DNA of 64,000 nucleotides. Origin: Octopus vulgaris (taxonomy: Eukaryota). Below the pieces are notes generated by a model, which worked only from the letters and a program-made list of their open reading frames with translations, made no database searches and was not told the origin of the DNA. Positions 52,771 through 64,000 of this stretch are shown here, in pieces. Numbering within the stretch: the stretch's first letter is position 1; each line of letters begins with the position of its first letter. The position numbers and the translations under genes are program-made. The stretch covers positions 119,784,001 through 119,848,000 of the forward strand of contig OX597817.1 of NCBI GenBank assembly GCA_951406725.2, written 5' to 3'.

Positions 52771-55264
52771 TTAATATACAAAATTTGTACATCACTTCAA
52801 ACAATCTATACATGAGTGTATGTGTGATATATAACATATATATATATATATATATATGTAACATATATATATATCATAATGCACACATATGCATAAACAA
52901 TTACACACACATTCGACTCCATCAGTTTATTTATAATGTATTCTCCCTAGTAGTCCATTCTTCATAAATTCTTATCATGAAATTTCAGTATTTATTGCAA
53001 GCAATACCATCAAATTGATATCTTGATTTGTTGAGTGGCTTGATATCACTCATTGAGGTACCTTATCACACAATTTGCAAATTATTGTAAAGAGAAGACA
53101 TGCTAGTTAAATATTAAGCAAACAACACTGGCTTTTCAACCTCAAGCTGGATAATTCAAAATCTAATACATAATACAAACTAAAGCACTATTCAGTAATA
53201 ATTCAGAAACGCACAAACTAAAGCACTGTTTTCCAATATATAATAACACAGAATATAAGAACATTTGAAATGTTCTTGCAACTTAAATAACTAACATTGT
53301 TTAATATCAGTTTGATGCAGCTATGTAGTAATTATTTTCTCAATTACTGTACTTGCTTCTGTGAGTCATTTATTTTACTTCAGTGTATCTTTCTTCAGCC
53401 ATTTGTTCCTTAAGATAATCTATCAAACCCAGCATGAGTTGTTGCTGTAAGTCAATAATAAAATTTTGAGCTAGCATAGAATATACTTAACAATAAAATA
53501 TCAACTATGATTTTTAAATTGCCAGCTGAATGACATTTTGTCATTTACTTTCTCATTACAGATTTATAATAATGAGCAGAGAACTTGTTGATATAGAAAA
53601 TTTGGTTCTCAACTTTGATTCTAAAAACAATATGTAGAGTGATTTTTTTTGTACAGAGATCAAATACAAACTGCTAATATAATCCAAATGATACATTAGC
53701 TACGGAGTCATGTAAAGCTACAATTAGCATCAATAAATCTTAACTTGTTTAGCTAGTATAGTTCTTATTCACATATCCCTACTTAAAACAACCCATTTTA
53801 TGTTATTTTACTGCTGTTTACTCAAGGCTGAAACATTACCGAGATAATGTTTGACAGAAACTTCAATTTGTTTTTTCCAAATGGTGCCTTGATTTCTCAT
53901 TTTGATTCTATAACATGACTATTGAAATGTCTCATTAGTTGTAAATATACAACTAGAAATACTGACTTTTAAGAAGGATTTTCTAACATTTCAACACCTG
54001 ATTAACGATGAGTAAAGAGAAGGAAATTTCTCATTTGTTCTAATACTGATCTTTCTTTATTTGTTTCTAATCTTATCATTGAAAACTTATACTCTGATGG
54101 AGCTAGTGTATATACTGAAGTAAATGGCACAATTATTGATGAATTTTTATGCCAAACTATAAAGAAATATATAACAGTAATGTTACCATAATACTACAGT
54201 TGTTAATTCTTAAAATGTAATCTTTCATATTAAGTTTTTAATATTATTTTTTACCATGGATGTTGATACTACAATTAAGTTTTAGTTCTCAGCAGTAGCA
54301 ATCAATCTTCACTAATATCAAAACTGCTCTTTGAAAAAGCATAAGCAATACAAATATCTATTACTTTTTCATAAAATATGGCTTTTTTACTCTCTTTTTA
54401 AGAAATGATTACCAAATTTATATGCAACTTGAAAGCAACATGTATAAACATTGCTGAGGGTAGGCAACATAACTGCCAACAATTACCTCACACACACACA
54501 TCAACAAAGTGACTTACAAAAAAGAAAATCAAAACAAGTTATCTGTATTTATACACATACAACTATGTATACACACACTCATATGTACAATATACAAGAG
54601 TGGACATTCACAATAAGGCAGCAATAACATTTTGAAAATAGTTGAACTTATTTTTGGTTAGTGCTGCAGAGGAAGTCCTCCTATGATTTAACCAAAGGGT
54701 CTGCTTACTCAGCAAGGTTCAATATATGTTTATTAAATTTATCTTTCTTCAAATCTCTCTTTGCCAGAGCTGTAGATCAGTGATAATGTTAGTGTTTTAG
54801 TTGTATGGCTTCATGATTTTAATCACCAGTAAAAACATTTTACATTTTTTGGAGAAGACAGTCAAAATGTCTTGAAGAATCAAGCCGGCTATTTACACAG
54901 TACAACAAAGTCTTCGATTATGATTTCTGTTCCTAAAGAAATAAATATCTTCAAAAATGCAACAACAATTAAACAGTGATCAACTTATGTGCCCAGAAAC
55001 TTACTGTGACTAAAGAGAAAACTGATTAAGCTATCAACTGTAGTTTACATGGTTGAGATTATGCAGTTGAGATTCTATACATTCAACATGATAGCCAACA
55101 AAGCAGCCATTCCATGCAAATGACACTTGTTCCTAACTCAGCACAATTTTAACTTTTTTTTTAGTATTTTAATATTCAGAATATCAAGAATATTCATTCC
55201 CTGAAATATTCCTAGACAACAAACAATTGTGCTTGGACTTTTATTTTCAGTGGCTTTCCTATAT

Positions 55265-55828
55265 TATGAATTGGACAAAATTATGAAAATACATAGCATC
55301 ATAGCATCATAATTTTGAAATATCTATAAAACCATCAAAAGCTAGTTTATTTTTATGTTTTTTTTTATTTATTATTAGTGTTGCTTAATGTGTTTTGCTA
55401 AAATTGATCTTTCTTTTCAGATATCATCAGAAAAAGGCAATTAAAATTCATTAAAATGACAGATATGTCTGACTCTCAAAGAGGTTAAATAATTGGTGCT
55501 CATATGGCAGGTGCTAGTGTAACAAAAATAGCGGAAATGTATCAAGAAGTACTGTCTCAAAAAGAATGACAGCCTTTGAGAAAGATGGAAAAACCTCTTC
55601 ATCAAAACAAAACTCTGGAAGAAAACCAAAACTTTCAGATAGGGACCATCAGATTATTACATGAATTGTTAGAAAGGATCACAAAAGTACAGCTCCCAAA
55701 ATTACTGCAGAGCTTAATGACCACCTCAAGAACTCAGTTTCAACAACAACTATTCACCAGGAGCTGCACAAAGCTGGATTTCATGGGAGGGCTGCAATCA
55801 GAAAACCACTACTTTCAAAAACAAACGT
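55265..55828 (+). mobile_element. Tc1-like transposon 5' portion (pseudogenised paired-like HTH, ATG at 55456)
   Basis: MTDMSDSQRG*IIGAHMAGASVTKIAEM..SRSTVSK...SGRKPKLSDRD...ITAELN...ELHKAGFHGRAAIRKPLLSK, truncated before the DDE domain. Confidence 0.9.
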
Positions 55829-58800
55829 CATTTCAGGCATTGTTGTTATAATACAAGAAGCCAGAACAGATATTGCAAAGCATCTTGTCTAAAACTGTAA
55901 CAGTTCTGCTCATCTACCACTGTAGATTGGTACTCTTTTATCAACTCCAAAAGAATAAAAAGCAAACTTGACCAACCATGGTCAGGTTTGAACTCAGGTA
56001 CAGACAGTTAAAAGAAATTGCATGAGATATTCTATCAAAGCTGTAAAACTGCTGCCAATTCACTACAGGCTTTCTTATAATATTTGAAATATTTGAGACG
56101 TATTTTATCTCTCAGTAGACAGTACTAAATATATTGTGTCTAATCCCATGTAACTGAATCTCTCATATCTGATCCTGAAGGTCATTACATTATTTTATTA
56201 TGAAGTAAATAAATAGGTTTCCACAAATTAGTAACTAATTGGCTTACGTCTACCAGCTGATAAGAAATGGTTGTTATTAGCAATAGCATATAAAATTAAT
56301 TACAAATTCTCTCTTTATAGCAATCCATCAAACCACTGAGAATCACATTATTGTTATTAATTTCTACTACCCGTTTTACTTTTTATCTTCAATTATAATT
56401 CTAGTTTGAATGAAAGAAGAACCATAATTTTTATTTTCTATAATTGTCAATTTTATCATAGCTAAATTAGTAATCATACATGTCAAAAATGAAATCAAGT
56501 AAGAAAGAAAAAAAAAACACTACTTTTTATTTGTTACTACATATTGTTTTATGACAACCATTTTTCAATGAACATAACCTAAAATTTGCAATATAAGAGC
56601 AATTCACTTATTATATTGACTATATAATAAACTTATCAAGGGTTTAGCATTTAAATTTCTGACATGAAGTTTGTGGAACTAAGCTATTATCAAAGACACC
56701 ACATAATCAACAAACTATTCCCAATATTTACCTTTGTGGTTTTACAATATTTCAGAAGAAAGCAATGAACAGTTCATTACCCCTGATAAAATACAATGGT
56801 TATTCTATACACTGGAAACTAAAAGTGCAAGCAGACTTTCATAGTAATAAAATAACACCAAATAATAGACTTGCTTCATACAGAACATGATTAATTAAAA
56901 CCAGAAGTTTAATCAATATTATATCAAAAGCTGATTAGAATAATATTTCAGCATGTATATTATAATTGTTCAGAGAAATATGATTTAAAATCCATTTCAG
57001 AAAAACATTCTTTTAAGTTTCCACAGTCAGATTTTCTCGAGAATCAATAATTTTCTAATTAAATATTAAATCAAAGTAACCTAAAAATAATAAACATTCT
57101 ATTAAAATCCATCAGAAGCCATTGAAATTTCTTTTTTAGATTTGAATATCTCTAATTTCTATCATTTAATCACCATCCAGTAGAATTTATCAGCTAAGTG
57201 CCAGCTCCATTCTTTTAAGTGAAAATTTACTAAGAACCATATCACTCTACTTTCCACTGTTGTATTAATTGGGATGTGTGAGAAATTGTGTTAAACCAAA
57301 ACATAATAACTATACTTTATTCTGTCTGTGTAGTTAAAACACATTTTCTTTTTAAAATAACAAGTAATATTCATAAATTAAAACAGCTATTTTTTTCCTT
57401 TTTTAAAAAATTAAATCCTATAAGATATTATTTTAAAATGCTTACAACACTTTTTAAATATAATAGCATTCAAAAGCCAGCTATGTAAGACTACTTCAAG
57501 CTTTTAGAATCTATTACTGTTTCTGGAATTTATATTATTTAATATAAATAAAATATTTTTTACTTTACTAATGATATTTTTACTACATACATTATTAATT
57601 GTAACCATTTTCAGATTCAAATTATTCATTTTTGCATCTAAGTAACCTAAAAGATTTTAAACTACATTTAAGTATTTTAGCGTATTTGTAGGATAGATTA
57701 AAAAGCACGTATTTCATTTCAGCACATTTTTCATTCTTGATATACTCTTTTCCTTGAGTTTCTAAGGAAAACTAAGCAGATATTTTATTTTTCCTTAGCA
57801 AGTATTATATATTTAATATCTATTTAGAGTTTATAGAGTTTATTTAAACTCTATAAGTATAAGAAAAATGTTTTGATAGGGATAATGATGAAAATAATAT
57901 TTAAGCCTTCTGTAATTTAATATCATTTTTTAAAATTATCAAATGCAATTTTTATTTAATAAAATCAATGCTAAAAATTTACTTAGTATAAAATTTGAGA
58001 CTTATAATTTATTTTCATTCATCAACATAAAATAAATAATATATTTAACTTTTCTATAAGATTTTGGTAATGTATTGTAAAATTATCATTCATTCTAGGT
58101 TTTAGAAATTAAAAAAAAAACTACCTGAGATTCTTATCTTATTATTAAATGAATACAATTCAGAATAATGTCTATTTGTATGAGTGCAAATATTTCTTTT
58201 CTTTGTTTTTCTATGAACACTGTTTATCTGTACTTCCTTCCCTCTGACTGTAGATCTTAAAATATAGAAAAACCAATTGCCATTGGTGCTTACATTTCAA
58301 TGTTGGAGACAAAGATAAGAAATAGCATCCATTGATATTATTAGATTGAAAGAAGCTTTCTTTAAGAGTTTTTTTCTTCTCAATTTAATTTAATTTATAT
58401 TTTTTTTATTAGATTAAAATAGGTTTTTGATAAAATAAGATAACAATGGATATAGCTTTAGGGGATTTTCCAAAGTTTTGATATTAAACCATATCCTAAA
58501 TCTGAAGAGTTCATATATTGTTTATATGCTTGGCATGTGCGTTTGGTAAATGCAACAAAATATTCACATAAATAGGAATGTTACAGACAACATCATTTAA
58601 CCATCATTATATTCAGTTCTGCAAGTACATATATCCTGAGCAGTATTTTATAAAGTAAATCTTTCTTTTAATACTGTTTTCTGGATCATTGTTTACGAAA
58701 CACCAGTATCTTAAACATTTAAACATCATCTTTTCCATTTTGGCATGAAGTAAACAGTTAAAAATGGCTTTTTTCCAGCTTTCTGTCTTGATCATGTCTT

Positions 58801-59451
58801 CTGATAATATAAATTGTTTTCCTTTAGGTCAATCCTAACTATCATCCTTCCACACTTTAATTAGTAAATGTCCAATGTACAAGTTTGAAATCTTTTATCT
58901 GACTTTCAAATCTCATGATTCAGCTATGTTATTACTAACAAAAGATTGTTAGGCCAATGAAAGAGTTTCTATGAGACTGATCTATTTGCTAGAAATGGCA
59001 CTCAAATCTTCCTACCTTTCTACAAGATAGAAGACACTTTGGATAAGTAGCTCAAGATATACAAACACAGAACAGATGGCAGTGGTCATTCTTTTATTTT
59101 TCATCATAAATGTTCGCATTTATTGTGGTTTATGCTTTCAATTTCAAGCGTGTTCACTCCAACTTATTATTAAAAATGAAACATTTGTAAGTTCTTGAAT
59201 TTTAGTAATTGCTTCCAAATCAAAGATTCTTGTGTAATATAACCAAACTTTGTGTTTTTTTTATAGATCAAATTTGCACATATTTAGTGAATTATTTTGG
59301 ATTTAAGCTGCATAATTACTATCAATATTTAATGCTGATTGACATAAATATGCTAAATATTTTAATGAATCAATATTTTTAACTATATAGTATATAGTTA
59401 CTTTACCTCCTGAATATAGCAGGAAATCACTCTGGGAACTACCTAGCAACA

Positions 59452-59647
59452 TTAACCCTTTTCATGCCAACCTGTCTGAAACCGTCCCCTGCTTCTTTGA
59501 TACAAACTTCATTTTACCAAAATTTCATGTTGATTCATGTTCCAGTCAACAGTTAATGACAGTTATATAACTAAATTCTTCATTATTTTAAAATAATTGA
59601 AGAGAAGACAACATATTTCAACAGAAATACAGTTACAAAAGGTTTAA
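59452..59647. mobile_element. piggyBac-type MITE (TTAA-flanked)
   Basis: ttaa|ccctttt ... aaaaggt|ttaa ends. Confidence 0.6.
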
Positions 59648-60292
59648 AATATAGATGACTGTTTACATCCTACAATTTTGGATAAGGCATTTGTAACTAA
59701 AATAGTAATATACTAAACTTTGAAGCCACTAGAAGAAAGAATGAATAAAATAAAATAACAGAAGAGAAAGGCTCAAAAAATCAACCTCGTCCTCCACCAC
59801 TATTACCATGCAGTCAATGTCATCAACTCTTCTATGCAAGAATTAGTCTACAGAGTCAGCAAAGAAATCACCATAAAGGAAGTGTTCAGCAAAAAAGAAA
59901 ACAAATTCTAGGATAGGAGATAAAGTTGAAGCCATATCACTTCACATCATACTAATATTACCCAGCAACACTGACTAAAATTTGGGAGTGAAGAACATCA
60001 GTGGCATCGGAGTTGAATGTAAAGCAAATGGTTAACACTAACTTTGCAGTAACTTATACTAGATTTTTAAAAAATTATTTTTCAGTTTCAGATTTATTCT
60101 ATTTTCTGTGGTGATTATAAAGCATCCAGACAGTTGTTATCTTTTGCTTAATAATCATAATTTCTTCTAATCACGATTTCTAAATTTTTAGTCAGTTTCA
60201 AATTTTTCTTAGAGACCTGGCAAGAAAGTACCTTCTGTGGTCATGTACACTCACATTATTAGAATAATATTGGACATATCTAATTAAGGACT

Positions 60293-60500
60293 TTAACCCA
60301 TTAGTATTGAAATTACTGTCAAATGTTGTGTTTATTTATTCATATTGTTTTAACTTGATCATGCATTATCTCATAACTTCAAGATTTTGTTGATGTGATT
60401 GTTTACTTTTAAAATAGCTTTGCAAAGAAGGTGTGAGATTTGGATGGTTTGAGAATAAAACAGGTAGAATATATGGCCAGTTTGAATGCTAATGGATTAA
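60293..60500. mobile_element. piggyBac-type MITE (TTAA-flanked)
   Basis: ttaa|cccattagtattgaaa versus reverse complement of the right end, tccattagcattcaaa; ttaa at both sides. Confidence 0.72.
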
Positions 60501-61446
60501 ATACCATTTAAGATATACTGAAATTTCCAAAATTCTCGAAATTTTCTGAGACTAAGATTACAATTTTTGAGATATAGCATTAGAAGAAAAATGATGTCTG
60601 CATTTTGAGAGATTTGCAGATACTGAATTTAAATTCAATTAACAATCATTCATTTCACATTTTATTTGTAGGTATTCTATGCTCATAATTAGTTTATGCT
60701 TTTAGTGTAGGTTTTCTGGTATGTGATTTTTATTATGGAGATGGTAGATAAGTATTTGAGAATAATCTGGAGAGTACATTGAGTAATTGTAAGGTAATAA
60801 GTGTGAAGAAGCTGAGTAATATGACTGATCTATATGACAATGTATTTGAGAAGCCAATCATCTTAGAGGTTGTGTTGTGGATTTGATATATTCATAGTGC
60901 CTCAAGGGATGGGTTCTTTCTAGATAATTATTCATTAGGAAAATATATTCAGAGTTAGTAATTGAAAGCATTTCTTCCAAATGCAAACTATTTATAGCCA
61001 AATTTTAGTCAGAATTATTGAAGTGGAAATCAGAATCTAAGACAGCTGTCACTAAATGTGAACAGATAGGTATAAGTATTACTGAAATAAATAATAATAA
61101 AACAAAGTTTCAGTGAGGATAGTAATATAAATATTGACTTGTATTCCATACAGAGTAAGAAACTAAATAGTAACAATTGAATGGGTTCAATATTTATGTG
61201 TATGCATGTGTGTGTACATATATATATGTGTGTGTGTGTGTGTATGTATATATAGGGGGAGAATTCACATAAAAACAAAAGACGAAGACAGGTGGTGTAG
61301 AAAACAAACAGATGTATTAGTATAATGCTCGAGAATTGAAAAAGTCTTTTACATTTCGTGCCTATGCTCTTATATATATATATATAATCAGTAAATCATA
61401 AATTTGAAAAAGAAGCACATTCTAAGTTATAGAACAGTAGAGTATA

Positions 61447-61602
61447 TAGATAAAGATGGATATGGCTGGACTATGGGGTTACCCAGGATTTCACATCCAT
61501 AAAGCGCTTAGCTTTACTGCATTTCTTCAGACCCTAAGCCTGCTGGTCAAAGATTTACGGATGTGAAATCCTGGGAAACCTCATAAACCAGCCATATTTA
61601 TC

Positions 61603-61610
<8 letters not shown>
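61447..61610. repeat. Hairpin with arms of about 57 bp and a spacer of about 50 nt, next to (TATC)n/(TA)n
   Basis: tagataaagatggatatggctgg...cccaggatttcacatccataaa pairs with tttacggatgtgaaatcctggg...ccagccatatttatctttatcta. Confidence 0.92.
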
Positions 61611-61654
<44 letters not shown>

Positions 61655-62674
61655 TTCACACACACACAAACACATATATTTATATGCATGTATATAAGTA
61701 GCAGCCAAATATTCCTTAATTTACACCCTTCCATCTTAAAAAAAGTACACATTTATACATATAATGTCAGCATAAAATACAGAATACTACAGTTGGATTG
61801 CCTCTGATCATAAGTGTAGTCAATAAGGGCAAATTTGAGGCTAAACAACATGATCAGTATCGAATTACTCTAAACTACTATCAGATTCCCTCCAAAACTA
61901 TTGTTGTAGATGAAGAAACAATAGTAATTGAAATTATACAAATTAAAGATACACCATCGAGATTAATTTTGGATTTTCTTCTTTTTGTTTACCTAAGTAT
62001 TTTAAATGTTCTTTTCCTGAATAAGCTACATGGCTTAATATGCAAAAATTATATAAATTGATGATACAGAAATTGGAAAACAAGGATATAAGAGTTGGAA
62101 AGGAAATTTGTTTCTTGATTTTTAACAAATTAAATTTCCTAATAGTTATTTTAAAATATAAATTAAATCAGAGACGTATTTTTCTGCTACCTATCTAAAA
62201 TGAAAGTATAATGCTGGTTACTTGCTCTGGCAAAAACAAATTTTTCAATTTATAAATATAAATTAAATATAGTATAAACTATATGATGTCAATAAGTAAG
62301 TTAGGTCCTTTGTCAGAATTAGTAAGATACCATTTTACATAAGCCATATATATCTCCTTTTTGCTTCAACAGATTTTTTTTATTCATTTCAGATAAAAAG
62401 AAAAAAAATGAAAAAAAAAACAAATAATAGCTTAAAAAATGTAAAAAGTGAATATTTCAAAAATGTTTCTAAAAAGAATTTGATTTTACTTCCAAATATA
62501 TTTCGAATAAATTGTTCAGTTTTAATTTCTTTTTTAAATTCACTAATTCTATTCAGGTTATTGTATTTTTCAAAATAAAAAAGAAACTATTTTTTATTTT
62601 TTATCTTTTAAAGATGATTCTTTAGATAAATAAACAGAATACACTAATGTTTAACATCAACTGTTGGCTCTTAG

Positions 62675-62813
62675 GATGCCTTCATTGGAGTATATGTCAT
62701 TGCAGGTATTCGGACCAGGACATGAGTATGAGGATAAATCCTTTCTTCCTTCTTCCTATCAGTCTTGAAGGTTCTGAAGAGGTCAGAAGTACTGTTCTTC
62801 CTCCTCTGACAAA
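62675..62813 (+). CDS. Candidate internal coding exon of an unidentified host gene (CLHWSICHCRYSDQDMSMRINPFFLLPISLEGSEEVRSTVLPPLT)
   Basis: GC-elevated non-repetitive island in very AT-rich flanks; branch-like actaat (62643), acceptor ctcttag, open frame of 139 nt (phase 1 to phase 2), donor gtaatg. An alternative minus-strand terminal-exon reading also exists. Confidence 0.4.
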
Positions 62814-62968
62814 GTAATGTAAAAAAATGAATATATAAATTTGTTCTAACTTTAATTATGGATTCTGGTTCAAAGCCAAACAGTATTATGTATAAGTTAT
62901 AAGTATGTTGGCTATCACTTCTTTCATTGGAAAAGACAACTAAATTCATTTATCCTACAAAAAATAGG

Positions 62969-63270
62969 GGAGGTACATGGCCTAGTGGTTAGAGTAGCAG
63001 ATTCGTAGTCGAGGGATTGCAGGTTCAAATTTCAGACAGGGCGATGTGTATGTTTATGAGTGAAACACTGGGGCTCCATGTGGCTCCGGGAGAAGGTAAT
63101 GACGAAGTTCTGCTGACTCTTTCACCACAACTTTCTCTCACTCTCTCCTCTTGCACCTTGCAGCTCACCTGTGACAGACCAGCGTCCCATCTAGGTGGGG
63201 AACCTTTATGCCAAGGATACCGGCCCTTATGATACCGACATGGCTCAAGAAGGAACAAACAACAACAACA
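62969..63270 (+). mobile_element. SINE family C with (CAA)n tail
   Basis: ggaggtacatggcctagtggttagag...ggttcaaat...caactttctctcactc. The head matches 41905-42215 but the 3' half differs. Confidence 0.85.
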
Positions 63271-64000
63271 AAAAAGGACACACAGGCTCACAACAAATTT
63301 GTAAACTCACTATGCAGAATTACAATTCTATCAAACTTGGTCTTGAAAGTATTCAAAGCTAATGCATTTTGGGCACTGGTTAGGTGAAATTGTTTCAAAA
63401 TCCTAAAAGTTTGATGTCTCAACTTTCTACTGATCATGAATAGATAAGAAGTTCTCTCACCCTCAACTAGAATGAGCTCTCTTTAAATATACTAGATATA
63501 TATATATATGAACTTTTATAAATACAACTGATCACTATTTGTCAGTGTGAGTTGGATTCCCTACTCATAATACAAATATACAAGACTGGATATCACATTT
63601 ATGTCTAGCCAATTCTAGTGTCAAAGATCTGTACTGTGGTGTTTAAATTATTTCATCATACTTATTAAATTCTAATGATCTGGAAAATTTTCCAGCTCAA
63701 GGTAGAGTTGAATCAATATCACGAATTATCACAATTTCACAATTTTTTTCTTATCTGAAAGGAATATTCCCAAATTTTGATTAACTTTATTTAACTGGAA
63801 TTCCAAATGGTAAGAGAATTTCAAGTAAATCATTATATTGACCTATAAATTTTTCACTATACACAAAGGTAAAATTACAATTCTAAAATTTGCTACAAAA
63901 GCACATAAGATCTCTCTTAGTAAATACACAGTTTCATCACACTAATGACTGACTATGTTTTAGGGCCAAAAATTATTTCAACTTTCCACAAATGAGACTT

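Noticed and set aside
49403-53630. Further weak exon candidates (about 49403, 50334, 53383, 53562)
   Set aside because: Weak donors, inconsistent phases and background-like composition.
57831-57856. Perfect 12-bp-arm palindrome ttatagagttta-tt-taaactctataa
   Set aside because: Short and AT-rich; best explained by a local template switch, with no functional evidence.

Overview
This is an AT-rich, CpG-depleted eukaryotic window, almost entirely intronic or intergenic and dense in repeats. The tRNA-derived SINE families and the abundant (TA)n/(CA)n/(TACA)n microsatellites suggest an octopus or other coleoid cephalopod (inference). I found no complete host gene. The only reasonable host-exon candidate is a 139-nt segment at 62675-62813 whose product I do not recognise. 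Most recognisable coding sequence is transposon debris: Tigger/pogo, Tc1, hAT, several RTE-clade LINEs (one young copy with an intact frame and TSD), a HERO-like and an R4/Dong-like RLE retroelement, and a Penelope-like RT. There are also two Helitron-type non-autonomous elements, MITEs, and many SINE copies. The least explained signals are: (i) unrelated long hairpins next to or inside microsatellites, several carrying decayed hammerhead-ribozyme-like cores; (ii) three short segments copied about 1.0-1.2 kb away; (iii) a GC-rich 216-bp tandem dimer with a (CAA)n tail. I cannot support a new multi-gene biological system from this sequence.
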